Positions 24,497 through 37,392 of a stretch of DNA of 64,000 nucleotides are shown here, piece after piece (within the stretch, counting starts at the first letter, position 1; the number at the start of each line of letters is the position of its first letter). The position numbers and the translations under genes are program-made. The notes beneath the pieces were generated by a model that saw nothing but the letters and a program-made list of their open reading frames with translations, did no database searches and was not told the DNA's origin. The DNA is from Macrostomum hystrix (lineage: Eukaryota; Animalia; Platyhelminthes), in the NCBI GenBank assembly GCA_950097015.1, contig CATNEN010000012.1, positions 1,922,001-1,986,000 on the forward strand, written 5' to 3'.

Positions 24497-25797
24497 ATGG
24501 CTTCTTTAAAGTCCAGCGATGGTCATCGACGGTCCAGAATGACAGGCGCAATACCAGAAGCTGCTGCTGTCGGCCGTGGCGCTGGCAGCCTCGACGCCGT
24601 CAATGTAGGGATCGGCGGTCAGGGCGGAGTTGGTACCGGCAGCGGTACTCGCTACAGCAGCATGCATCCGAAAATGTTTTGGCGAGCCAATCAGAAGCTC
24701 ATTATGGGGTATCCGTCAGACTCGCCAGTCTCTACAACGGACGACGAATTGGAACCTGAGAATCTGGGCTATCCTACGCATTCTGTGCTTGGTGAGTACC
24801 AGGCGGCAGACACTGTAAGGAGTCAGGAGCTCACAGAGTGACTGTGGTGGGATCAGAGAGTGACTGTGACTGTGGGATCAGAGAGTGACTGTGGGATCAG
24901 AGAGTGGCTGTGACTGTGCGATCAGAGAGTGGCTGTGACTGTGGGATCAGAGAGTGACTGTGACTGGGGGATCAGAGAGTGACTGTGACTGTGGGATCAG
25001 AGAGTGACTGTGGGATCAGAGAGTGGCTGTGACTGTGGGATCAGAGAGTGACTGTAACTGTGGGATCAGAGAGTGACTGGGATCTCAGAGTGACTGTGGG
25101 ATCTCAGAGTGACTGAGATCTCAGAGTGACTGGGATCTCAGAGTGACTCAGAGTGACTGGGATCTCAGAGTGACTGAGATCTCAGAGTGACTGGGATCTC
25201 AGAGTGACTGTTGGTTCACGGATGGGATTACAGAATGAGGGAAGATCAGGACAATGGAATCAGAGAAGGAAGGAGATCAAATGGCTGGAAACAGATACCC
25301 GCACCCTCAACTTTCATCAAGCGGATGATGCTATCGGCACAGAATCGTCAGGCGGTCCAGAGGACTGGACGGGTGACCTGGGCCGCTACGGATACCAGAT
25401 GGCGCAGCAGCAGCAGCAGCAGCAGCAGGTCCAGCACCAGAAGCTGCTCAGCGCAGTTGCCACCGGCCACGGGGGAAATCGTCACTGGGCGCCAGGCGAG
25501 GATGTGATCGATATGCACCTGTTCTTATTGGACGATCGGCCGTGGCAGGAATTCTACACGCTGTTCTTCACGCCGGTGTATTGCATCGCCGCAATGGTGC
25601 TTCTCTTGCTGCTGCTATTGCTGATGGTCGATGGCAGCGTGCTGTACAGTCGTATGAAATTTGTTTATATACTACCGGGCTCGCTTTTTGCTGTCGGATT
25701 GCTGGCTAACCTGCTCAATAGCTGTTTTTTTCCGGTGCCCAGTGGATCAACCGCGCCAGCCTATGACACTTGGTCTGATCCGCTCAATCAGCAGTAG
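24497..25797 (+). CDS. Putative two-exon orphan membrane protein (~293 aa; exons 24497-24814 and 25234-25797)
   Basis: Two GC-rich ORFs with coding-like codon use, separated by a minisatellite-filled intron. The donor ACT|GTAAGG and acceptor TTACAG|AAT are both phase 0. The product has a Gly-rich N-terminus, polyQ and two C-terminal hydrophobic segments (VYCIAAMVLLLLLLLLMV; FVYILPGSLFAVGLLANLL). The acceptor lacks a strong pyrimidine tract, and I recognise no family. Confidence 0.55.
24835..25208. repeat. Intronic minisatellite (GGGATCAGAGAGTGACTGTGACTGT / GGGATCTCAGAGTGACT)
   Basis: Fills most of the predicted intron 24815-25233. Confidence 0.9.
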
Positions 25798-27155
25798 AAT
25801 CAATTTATAATTGAACTGCCTCCAATCACTTTTGATTGTATAATTTGTAGTTTCGTTGCAAAGATTTCATGTTCCTCACTTTAAATAAACATAACATACA
25901 TTGACTCAAGTCTCGAAAATGAAGCACAGAGTGGCGAGTAATCTACTTGCTCAAGGTTCATCTCGAAAGTTCTCCATTATATGTTAAAGACAGAAAAACA
26001 AAACAAGCATGAAATACACTAAAAATAAGTTGAACTGAAAGTCACATATCTGGTCACTCTGTGTATAAGTGGCCCTGAAGCTTCACGCTGTTCTTTCAGC
26101 GCACCAACAATCTATGGATTCCGCCACTTAAACCGGATTAGGCTAATCTACTGAACGCATTCCGTGAAGGTCACTCTGAGGAGGAACTCGATGACTGGTT
26201 TCATCGCAAGTGCAGCAGCATAGCCATTTCCGGCTAAAGTTTACGATTCTGGCTTTGAGCATTTTACTTGTAATTTCGTTCATATAGAAATTTGCGGTTG
26301 TTCTTCTTTATTTATGTTGTGTATGTGTATTTGTTTTTCTGGATTTTACGGATTGTAAAATTTTCGTGTACAAAGGCAAAACAAATGCACACACATGATA
26401 TTGATAGAATTGTGAATCATATCGTTTAAAAGAATGTTTAGTACAAAGCATTTTAACAAACAGATTTTTTGATTACCTACTTAAAAAATCTTTTCTTCGT
26501 GATGATACATTCAACGATTGCGTGCACGTTTAAATAAATTATTTGAAACAATTATCTTGAAAACTTATTAATTACCGAATCGGTTACCAACTGTCATCTG
26601 ACGAAGTCTGAGTTTTTGCCTTTAGTACTTGCATTGTGGTGGCTACGAATTGATAGTTTGTGCATTCATAAATTCTGGAAACGCATATTTTTTCTATCAA
26701 ATATTGTCTTTTATACACAACACCAGACTTGGCTATTTGTAAGCATATATGGTTTGCAAAATTTTCCCTTGCGCCAGACGCAAAAGGCCTAGCTTATTAA
26801 ACATTTGATATGCTTACCTTTCTTCGATATAAATCGATGTTCTAATTTACCATTATTCTTAAATTAAAAAAAATTACAAGAAGCTTAAGTAAAGTTATAA
26901 GAACTGCTTAATTAATTCGGCTTCATTATTTTCCATGGCCATTCCCTGACTCAACACAGCATACTAAATCACAAAGATCTGTATTCTTACTAGCTAAGTC
27001 ATTGGTATTACAAATCGCGAAGTTTTCTGACTTATTAGCTATTTTTAGTTATTTTTATTCTTCGAACAAAAGTCATAAAACAAGCAGAAAAAAGTGTTTA
27101 CCTTACTATTTTAATTTTCATGTATATTACAAAGATCTTTTAATGACATTGTAGC

Positions 27156-27512
27156 CAGTGGTACAACCAGGGCGGGCGTGGGTGGCGGCTTCCCCCCCTT
27201 CAGGGAGGGGGCAGCAAAGGGCAAGCCAAGACACTTGTTAATTTAGTCCAAGTCCAATGTACATAGACCAAAGACCAAGTCCAAGACCATTGGTCATATA
27301 TTAATTTTCAAGCTTTCATTATAATTGTGTGTGCATTCTGATTTTTTAAACCTTTTAAATCGTCTGGGCCCTACCCTATGGGCCCTTGATATTGGCCCAG
27401 GAATGGTGGGCTAAAACCTCGAAACAGAGCGCGCTCCACCTGGTGGCTGCCCCCCCTTTGGCCCATGGGGCAACCCCCCGCCCCCCTAAGGCAAAACCTG
27501 GTTGCGCCACTG
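27156..27512. mobile_element. hAT-type MITE (357 bp)
   Basis: TIRs CAGTGGTACAACCAGG and CCTGGTTGCGCCACTG. The 8-bp TSD ATTGTAGC/ATTGTAGG matches at 7 of 8 positions. GC-rich insert in AT-rich DNA. Confidence 0.85.
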
Positions 27513-27914
27513 ATTGTAGGGATTTTTAATGAATATTATTCTTTTATCTTAAATCTTAAAACTTTAGAAAAATATTAAAATTAATTAAATAATCACTTGA
27601 AATTTTTAGCTTATATATACCCAAGAAAGGCTCTAAAATATTTTTAATTACTGTATTATTTGCTTGCAATAAAAATTCTATATTGTTGCATTTATTTTGC
27701 CATGTTATGAACCATAGAATATTGACAGTATTGCTGAAGAGCTTAGCTTTCGGTAAATAAATTTGAACTTTATTGGTAGTTGAATAATATTTTATTCCGA
27801 ATTGATTTTTACATCTGACTGATACCTACCTTTTTTAACCTAATTGTGTTTATAACTTTTAACAAATCGTTAATGATATTCACCTGTCACTATCACTAAT
27901 ATGTACCTTGAGAA

Positions 27915-28100
27915 TGACATCTGAATGTCAGTTCTGACTGTCAGTGACATCTGTCAGTGACATCTGTCAGTGACATCTGTCAGTGACATCTGACTCTCAG
28001 TTACATCTGACTATCAGTGACATCTGACTGTCAGTTACATCTGACTATCAGTGACATCTGACTCTCAGTGACATCTGACTCTGTGACATCTGACTGTCTG
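27915..28100. repeat. Short 13-20-bp minisatellite (CAGTGACATCTGT / CAGTGACATCTGACTAT)
   Basis: Direct inspection. Confidence 0.85.
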
Positions 28101-28611
28101 ATGTGTGACAATATAACGGTAGTTTTCTTCTGCTACTTTGAAATCGTACCTGTCAGATGTTTGCCGCAAAGTGTTTAATAGAACTTTACCGAGGCAGATG
28201 TATTTTTCTGGCACGCAAGCACATGGAAAACTGTAAAACCAGATGTTGCATCATGTGCATATTGTTATTGCGACATGCCCCAGCTCAGTGCAGTGGCAGG
28301 TGATGTTGGCTAGTGAATGAAAATTAAATTCAACGTGCTTCTGTTCCGAAAAATCACTATTTATAACGTGTAACCGGTTAAGCTGACTTAGCTATTTCAG
28401 TTGAGATTAGTGAGCTAAACATACAAATCGCGTAAGTATTTTTCATTTATAGCGCGCGCCAAATTGCTATTTGTTTAATAAGCTGCACATTAGGAACCAG
28501 GTGTGCAAATAGGAAGATAATTAAAACGATCAATTCATTTTTTTCCTAAAATTCACCCACAGCTGACTTACGGTCTCCTAGAAGAAAATTAGAGCTAGCA
28601 AATTAATCAGT

Positions 28612-31514
28612 ATGAGCCGAAGCGAAGACATCTTGTGCCTGTTCGATGTCGATGGCACCCTGACGAAGCCCCGCCAGAGTATCAGCCCCGAGATGGCGCA
28701 GTTCCTGTCCGAATTATCGGCGCGGGTTCCGCTGGCGGTGGTTGGCGGCTCCGATCTGGCCAAAGTGCAGGAGCAACTCGGCGGCGACTTCAAAGACGGC
28801 CCGCTGGGTCGCTGCTTCGAGTTTGTGTTTGTTGAGAATGGCCTGATGGCTTATAAGAAAGGCGGAGAGCTGATTGGTGAGTTAAAGGGATCGGTTCTAG
28901 TCTGGTTGCTATGGCTTTCAGTGGCAGCTAACTTCAGTCTTAGTTTGGAAACTCCAGGCTATATCTCAGAAGCCTCAGGCTATATCTCAGAAACTTCAGG
29001 CCCTATCTCAGAAACTTCAGGCTATATCTCAGTAACTTCAGGCCCTATCTCATAAACTTGAGGCTATATCTCATAAACTTGAGGCTATATCTCATAAACT
29101 TGAGGCTATATCTCATAAACTTGAGGCTATATCTCATAAACTTCAGGCTATATCTCATAAACTTCAGGCTATTTCTCATAAACATCAGGCTATATCTTAG
29201 AAACATCAGGCTATATCTAAGAAACTTCAGGCTATTTCTCATAAACTTCAGGATGTATCTTATAAACTTCAGGCTATATCTCATAAACTTCAGGCTATAT
29301 CTCATAAACTTCAGGCTATATCTCATAAACTTCAGTCTATATCTCATAAACTTCAGGCTATATCTAAGAAACTTCAGGCTATTTCTCATAAACATCAGGC
29401 TATATCTCATAAACTTAAGGCTATATCTCATAAACTTAAGGCTATATATCATAAACTTAAGGCTATATCTCATAAACTTCAGGCTATATCTAAGAAACTT
29501 CAGGCTTTTTCTCATAAACATCAGGCTATATCTCATAAACTTCAGGCTATATCTCAGAAACTTCAGGCCCTATCTCAGAAACTTCAGGCTATATCTCAGT
29601 AACTTCAGGCCCTATCTCATAAACTTGAGGCTATATCTCATAAACTTCAGGCTATATCTCATAAACTTCAGGCTATTTCTCATAAACATCAGGCTATATC
29701 TCATAAACTTCAGGCTATATCTCAGAAACTTCAGGCCCTATCTCAGAAACTTCAGGCTATATCTCAGTAACTTCAGGATGTATCTCATAAACTTCAGGCT
29801 ATTTCTCATAAACATCAGGCTATATCTCATAAACTTCAGGCTATATCTCAGAAACTTCAGGCCCTATCTCAGAAACTTCAGGCTATATCTAAGAAACTTC
29901 AGGCCCTATCTCATAAACTTGAGGCTATATCTCATAAACTTCAGGCTATATCTCATAAACTTCAGGCTATTTCTCATAAACATCAGGCTATATCTCATAA
30001 ACTTCAGGCTATATCTCAGAAACTTCAGGCCCTATCTCAGAAACTTCAGGCTATATCTCAGTAACTTCAGGATGTATCTCATAAACTTCAGGCTATTTCT
30101 CATAAACATCAGGCTATATCTCATAAACTTCAGGCTATATCTCAGAAACCTCAGGCCCTATCTCAGAAACTTCAGGCTATATCTAAGAAACTTCAGGATG
30201 TATCTTATAAACTTCAGGCTATTTCTCATAAACTTCAAGCAAAATCTTACTAACTTCAGGCTAGATCTTAGTAACATTACGACTCCAAACAACTTTATGC
30301 GTGATTTTCATTGCTTCTGTCTAATGATGCAGCTATTTGAACTAGTATACTATATAATTTTGTTAGCTTCAGGCTGTTAATTAGTAACTCAATCCCTCGA
30401 ATTTCGCCGCGCAGGCAAGGAGAGCATATTGAACTTCCTTGGCGAGCAGCGACTGCAGGAGTTTATCAATTTCTGCCTCCGCTATATAGCAGACCTGGAA
30501 ATTCCAGTGAAGCGGGGCACATTTATTGAGTTTCGCAACGGCATGCTCAACGTGTCTCCCATTGGTCGAAACTGCAGCCAATCGGAGCGTGACGCCTTTG
30601 TTGATTACGATCGTGAGCGCGGCATCCGGGCTGACTTTGTTGAAGCCCTGCGACGCCAGTTTGACAAGTACGGCCTTGTGTTTAGCATCGGCGGCCAGAT
30701 TAGCATTGACGCCTTCCCTGCTGGCTGGGATAAGCGCTACTGCCTGCGCTTTATTGAGGATCGATTCAAGGAGATCCACTTCTTCGGCGACAAGACTATG
30801 CCGGTGAGGCTGTGGACTAGGGACTGCCCACTATGTTGTGCATTGGATCATAGTTCACTGTGTTGGAATCATAGGTCACTGTGTTGGGATCATAGGTCAT
30901 TGTGTTGGGATCATAGGTCATTGTGTTGGGATCATAGGTCATTGTGTTGGAATCATAGGTCATTGTTTTGGGATCATAGGTCATTGTGTTGGGATCATAG
31001 GTCATTGTGTTGGGATCATAGGTCATTGTGTTGGAATCATAGGTCATTGTTTTGGGATCATAGGTCATTGTGTTGGGATCATAGGTCATTGTGTTGGGAT
31101 CATAGGTCATTGTGTTGGGATCATAGCTCATTGTGTTGGGATCATAGGTCATTGTGTTGGGATCATAGCTCATTGTGTTGGGATCATAGCTCATTGTGTT
31201 GGGATCATAGCTCATTGTGTTGGGATCATAGCTCATTGTGTTGGGATCATAGGTCATTGTTTTGGGATCATAGCTCATTGTGTTGGGATCATAGCTCATT
31301 GTGTTGGGATCATAGCTCATTGTGTTGGGATCATTGCTCAATTGTTTCAATCTTGAGGAAGGTGTCAAAAGGGCCCTTAAAAATACATAAAAATAATCAA
31401 CAAACAATGCAGGGAGGCAACGATCACGAGATCTACGAAGATCCGCGCACCATCGGACATCACGTGACCTCTCCAGAGGACACGCGCGAGCAGCTGACTA
31501 AGATGTTCCTCTGA
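28612..31514 (+). CDS. PMM2: Eukaryotic phosphomannomutase (HAD-IIB), 251 aa; exons 28612-28876, 30415-30803, 31413-31514
   Basis: HAD motif [67 protein letters not shown]. Splice sites ATTG|GTGAGT, CGCAG|GC, CCG|GTGAGG and TGCAG|GGA are phase-consistent; the 756-nt CDS is intact. Confidence 0.95.
28955..30270. repeat. 21-bp minisatellite (ATAAACTTCAGGCTATATCTC) in PMM intron 1
   Basis: Direct inspection. Confidence 0.95.
30845..31335. repeat. 21-bp minisatellite (TGGGATCATAGGTCATTGTGT) in PMM intron 2
   Basis: Direct inspection; unrelated to the intron-1 unit. Confidence 0.95.
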
Positions 31515-32449
31515 ATTCCTCTGACCTGCTGATTTTAAAACTTATGTTAAGTTTATTTCAATAATTTATTTATTAACCCTTTTGTGCATTAATTTCTACT
31601 CCTAAATTGCTCGGACCGCTGCCAATGGTCAAGTTAAACTTCGTAGAATGAGTGTGTGTAGCTGAGAATTATCATAGCAATTTTATTTATTATTTATGTG
31701 CGCACTGCACTACTGAACAGTAGCGTGTCAAAATAATTGTTGCAATTTTTTAATGTATTTATTGTAGTTCATATTATATTAGTCCTAGCTTATGATGACT
31801 ATCTAAAATGATTAATTGTGCTATCTAAATGGACATGGGTATCTGTATAATGTGTATTTTGCTCCAGATGTGCCACTTCATTTAATGCGACACTTTCTCT
31901 AGATGTACTGGACTGGTTTCCTTGCTTTGACCTTTTCTTAGCTGAAATAACTCAGATGACAATTTCTGATGCCGCTAATTAAAGTGCATTATCGTGACAC
32001 TCACAATACACAATTGGAAGGTCGAACAAGAAGGATTATTTGGATTCGTCCCTATTTACTTCAAATATAGCCATATATAATTAACTGTTGTTGCTTATTT
32101 GCTTCTTCCAAAGCTTTAAATTCCAGCAGTTATTTTGTCAAGCCGGAGCAGTCTATTGTCCGACATTCGAAAAGCATTCCAACTAAGTCTAGTATAAAGC
32201 TTCTTATTATGAATGGCTGTCGAAAACGCTATTTAACATGATTCATACATTTCACAGTTTCCTTCTCACGGGCTCACAATACAACTGGCCGCACGTCAGC
32301 AACAAAATGCGGGACTAAATAATGTACTTCAGATTACCAGAAATCTCGTTATATAACTTACTTTGATTTAATTGTAAATTGTCTTATTGCGAAAGTTATT
32401 CATAGTCGATGAACAAACGAATTAAAACATTAAAAAAACGAATTTGTTT

Positions 32450-33430
32450 TTACTTCAGGCTATATCTCAGAAACTTCAGACTGCATCCTAGAAACTTCAG
32501 GCTATATCTTTGAAACGTCAGACTGCATCCAAGAAACTTCAGGCTATATCTTTGAAACTTCAGACTGCATCCTAGAAACTTCAGGCTATATCTTTGAAAC
32601 TTCAGACTGCATCCTAGAAACTTCAGGCTATATCTCAGAAACTTCAGGCTGCATCCTAAAAACCACAGGCTATATCTCAGAAACTTCAGACTGCATCCTA
32701 GTAACTTCAGGCTATATCTTTGAAGCTTCAGACTGCATCCTAGAAACTTCAGGCTATATCTCAGAAACTTCAGACTGCATCCTAGAAACTTCAGGCTATA
32801 TCTTTGAAACTTCAGACTGCATCCTAGAAACTTCAGGCTATATCTTTGAAACTTCAGACTGCATCCTAGAGACTTCAGGCTATATCTTAGAAACTTCAGA
32901 CTGCATCCTAGAAACTTCAGGCTATATCTTTGAAACATCAGGCTATATCTTAGAAACTTCATGCTATATCTCAGAAACTTCAGACTGCATCCTAGAAACT
33001 TCAGGCTATATCTTTGAAACTTCAGGCTATATCTTTGAAACTTCAGACTGCATCCTAGAAACTTCAGGCTATATCTTTGAAACTTCAGACTGCATCCTAG
33101 AAACTTCAGGCTATATCTTTGAAACTTCAGACTGCATCCTAGAAACTTCAGGCTATATCTTTGAAACTTCAGACTGCATCCTAGAAACTTCAGGCTATAT
33201 CTTTGAAACTTCAGACTGCATCCTAGAAACTTCAGGCTATATTTTTGAAACTTCAGACTGCATCCTAGATCAGGCTATATCTTAGAAACTTCATGCTGCA
33301 TCCTAGAAACTTTACGCTATATCTTAGAAACTTCAAGCTATGTCTGAGAAACTTCAGGCTATATCTTAAAAACTTCAGGCTATATCTCAGAAACATCAGG
33401 CTAGTTCTTAGGAACATGAGGCTACTTCTT
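32450..33430. repeat. 42-bp dimeric minisatellite (GAAACTTCAGGCTATATCTTT + GAAACTTCAGACTGCATCCTA), paralogous to the PMM intron-1 array
   Basis: Same AAACTTCAGGCTATATCT core, followed by a diverged copy of the PMM intron-1 3' end. Confidence 0.9.
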
Positions 33431-33565
33431 AGAAACGTTAGATTCCAAACAACTTTCACTGTGATTTTTTTAGTCAATGCCGCAGCTATTATAAATAACG
33501 TAAAATTATTAATAAGTTTGCTTTAGGCTATTAATTAGTAACTCAAACCCTAATTTCTCTCGCAG

Positions 33566-33675
33566 GCGAGACGATCTTGAACTTCTTTGGCGAACAAAGA
33601 CTGCAAGAGTTTATCAACTTCTGCCTCCGCAATATTAAAATTTATAAGGATCCTCGGCTGCTAGAGTTTTTTTAG
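33566..33675 (+). pseudogene. Truncated, diverged duplicate of PMM exon 2 (with its acceptor and upstream intron)
   Basis: CTCGCAG|GCGAGACGATCTTGAACTTCTTTGGCGAACAAAGACTGCAAGAGTTTATCAACTTCTGCCTCCGC translates as (G)[21 protein letters not shown] versus the parent [22 protein letters not shown]. Homology stops at 33630; in-frame TAG at 33673-33675. Confidence 0.85.
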
Positions 33676-35260
33676 CATTACGAGCATTAGCCTAAGAAAC
33701 GACGTCGCATGAATGTGATTTTGGCAGCCCATTGAAAAAAAACAGATTTGTTTTTGCACGGTATTATAATTAGTCAAGCTTGTTAGAGCACCTTGCAAGT
33801 AAAGTGCCCGTGAAAAAAAATTATTCAGTTTTACCATTTCCATGCAGTCACAAGTCAATTATGTCGAACGCGGTAAACGGTATGATGTATTGTAATCCCT
33901 AGAGTCAGGGATAAACTTATAAAAGTGCATAATAAAAGTGCGAGATATCTAGGCGAGAAAATTCAGCATTAAAGGTCTCATTTCAAAGCCAGACTTTCGA
34001 TTTGATTTATTTTGCATCAGCTATTAGAAATAATTTATTCGAATAATTTGCGAAATGGTGGCAGAGCGCGGTGCATTTGATAGGCTTGATATTTTAGTTC
34101 AGTACATTAAACTATATAATCATTTAATACATTCCCCAAAAAGTGCAATATCATGCGGTACATACCACAGAGTAGCTTTAAGGAGTTAAAAAAAATATAT
34201 ATATTGGCAAACAGCAAGACTTATTTGTCTATATCTCAAATTGTCAATTAAGGTTGGAACTGTACTTTGTGGCGAAGGAAAAGGGCTTGAGCTTCAATAC
34301 GTAAGAGACAAATTATAACAAACCATATAAAAACGGTGTCTGAGAGAGAAAACAGAGAGAGAGAGAGCAGCTCAGACAACACAAAATAATAATTAATAAT
34401 TAAGTAATTAATGACGGATGTGAGATGTAGCCAGAGTACCATCCGGTGTGCACATGACAGGTTCACAAGCGCATGTTGCATCATTAGATAATAGTGTCAC
34501 CTGCACAACACAAACCTTCAACAAAAATGTTGGCCAGGTTTGCAGAGGCCGGGCAAAAGTGCGCGCAGCCACTGTGGATGGCTCGAGGCGGAGGATGTAT
34601 TTGAAATTCAATAGCTTACATAATAAAGCACATTTTCACTAGTTAAGACAATTGAAAATTGTTCCGATATAAAAAAACCAGGGAGACGAACAAGCAGAAA
34701 GCGACAAAAACTGACACAGGTCGTGGAATTATTTAGGCCTGCTGCTGCTGCTACTTAAAAATAGGGGGGGGGCGAGAAAATTACCGTCAAACAGAATGCT
34801 CAGAAGGCAAGGCAGAATGTACGAGCTCATACATGGTAATGTAGTATACTTTAATTTATTATTAAGTTGCCTCATAATTGCTTGTTGATGGTTCCCCTCA
34901 CCTAAGAAAACACTAAACTAAAGCGTTGCTACTAATCACAGCAAATCTTTAAATTTTAGGTAAAAATACACGCCAACAATATCCCAAACAGATCTCAGTA
35001 ATAGAAAATGTATATTAAAGCAGCCATCAGACAAATGGTGACCTACTTCTTCAAATTCTAAACTAAAAAAGTCAGACAAAAAGTTGTGAAGACGTGGAAA
35101 AAAGTCATAGAAAAGGGACAGAAAAAGCAAGACAACACAGCGGTGCCAGACATTTTGGGCGTGTTTGCTTTGATAGTGATTCCGGTTCCGTTAATAAAAC
35201 TCTAAACCTTCGCTAGATTTAGTTGAATTTAATTGCTTAGGCAGCGTCAGTTGAGAGGCC

Positions 35261-37392
35261 TTAGAGCTCCAAAGTCTTGGCCTGCTCCCAGCTGAATTCG
35301 CTGCGACCGAAGTGGCCATAGCAGGAGGTCTTCTGGTAGATTGGCTTGCGAAGATCCAGATCCCTATAAAAAGTATGAATGATGCATTTTGCTAGCTATT
35401 TGCATAATGACATGAATATAAATGCGATTTCGCTATTTGCTTAGCAATAGACTAGGGCAATTACCTGACAATGCGACCCGGCCGCAGGTCGAAATTCTTC
35501 TCCACAATGCGCAGCAGCTCTTCGTCCGATTGTTTGCCGGTGCCGTAGGAGTTCAGGTAGACAGCCAGCGGCTTGCTAACACCGATAGCGTAGCTCACCT
35601 GTACCAGGACGCGACGGCACAGGCCGGCTTTAACCAGCGATTTGGCTACCCATCGAGCAGGCATAGGCGGCCGACCTGTCCACCTTGCTGAAGTCCTTGC
35701 CGGAGAAAGCGCCGCCGCCATGGGCGCCCCAGCCGCCGTAGGTGTCGACAATGATTTTGCGACCAGTGAGGCCGGCGTCAGATTGCGGGCCGCCGATAAC
35801 AAAGCGGCCAGACGGGTTCAGGTGATAAATGGTATTCTCGTCCAGCATATCGCTGGGGCAGACGGCCTTAACAACGTGCTCCATCACATCCTTGCGCAGC
35901 TGCTCCTGGGTGACGCTCTCATCGTGCTGGGTGCTGATCACGATGGTGTGAATGCGGATCGGGACGCAGGCGCCGTTTTCATCCCTGTACTCGACGGTAA
36001 CCTACATGGAAAAGGTTCGGAAAATTAGCAATGATAGTTTTAACACAGGTGAGAAATAAAAATACAATTTTTCAGACCTGGGTCTTGGTGTCTGGCCTCA
36101 GCCAGGGCAGGGTGCCGTCCCGTCTGCACTGGGCCAGGCGGGAGTTAAGCTGATGCGCCAGAACAATGGTCAGTGGCATGCACTCCTCAGTCTCATCGGT
36201 TGCATAGCCAAACATCAAGCCCTGGTCGCCAGCGCCAATGTCGTCCTCTGAGCGAGCCTCATGCACACCCTGGGCAATGTCTGGACTTTGTTCCTCAAGG
36301 GCAACTAGCACATTGCAGGTCTTGTAATCGAAGCCCTTGTTAGAATCGTCATAGCCAATGTCCTTGATGGTGCCACGAATCACACGCTGATAGTCAACAA
36401 CTGCTTTGGAAGTGATCTCACCACCAACCATGATCATGCCAGTCTTTGTGAAGCACTCGCAGGCCACTTTGGCATTAGGATCCTGCTTGAGGTGGGCATC
36501 TAGCACAGCATCACTGACCTGGTCACAGATCTTGTCTGTTTAAAGGAAAAGTGAGGCGACCTTGTCTATTTTTCTAATAATTCCATATTAATATATATTA
36601 GAATAAAATTCTTGAATGCATTTTTAGTATCATTTTACATTCTTAAATATTAGCAATAATTAAAAAAGTCGAAAGTTAAAAAGTCTGAAATAAAAATACT
36701 GACACATAAACCATGTTCACAAAAATGTTTAGATTTTCTCAGTTAATGGACAATAGACTGGATTACAGACTTTAGTTTTTTTGTAAAACAAAGCAAATTT
36801 AGTAATATGCATACATTCAAAGAAATCACAATTTCAGGATCTTTGTGGTTCTTAACAACATTTTATTAAACAATGTTTAAACAATCCTTGAAACTATGTA
36901 TTAAATTTAGCTAATCAAACTCAGTAGCAGCCATAATTATGTTGCATTTTGTCTAAGTCTGTCTTTTCCCCAATAAATTGTGATGTTAAAGTAGGAAACA
37001 GTTTTTGTAATTGAAATAAAAATTTCGTTTTTACTTAGAGTTTGATTTTTTCTTTACTTTTACTGACACATAATTATAAAATCACATTAAGAATTGGCAG
37101 TGAAGAATTCCGTAACAAAACAAAAATAATGTAATTTGTAATTTTACGTCTAATTTGTATTATTTTGTTGTTACCATAGATAGGCCTACTAAAATAACTA
37201 GTTATTTCAGTAGCTATGGTTTTTACCTTGTCATGCACTCACCACTCTACAAGAACTAGTAGTATTGGAGAGCCATAAGTGGTAAAATTGACAGACGAAA
37301 AAAAAATAAATTTTAGTACACTCACCAGGGTGACCCTCGCCTACGGATTCAGATGTGAAAAGAAAAGTTTTAAGACTCTCGCCGTTGGACAT
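35261..37392 (-). CDS. MAT: S-adenosylmethionine synthetase (methionine adenosyltransferase), ~387 aa; exons 37392-37326, 36535-36078, 36001-35465, 35363-35261; one +1 frameshift near 35660
   Basis: [106 protein letters not shown]. Splice phases are consistent once one extra G at 35660/35661 is removed. Confidence 0.93.

Noticed and set aside
36520-36570. METTL16/METT-10 m6A splice-site switch of SAM synthetase
   Set aside because: The intron-1 acceptor reads AACAG|ACAA, two mismatches from UACAGARAA, and has only a weak 6-bp stem. The intron regulated in nematodes (at VAC|ET) is absent here, and I saw no TACAGAGAA in the 3' UTR.
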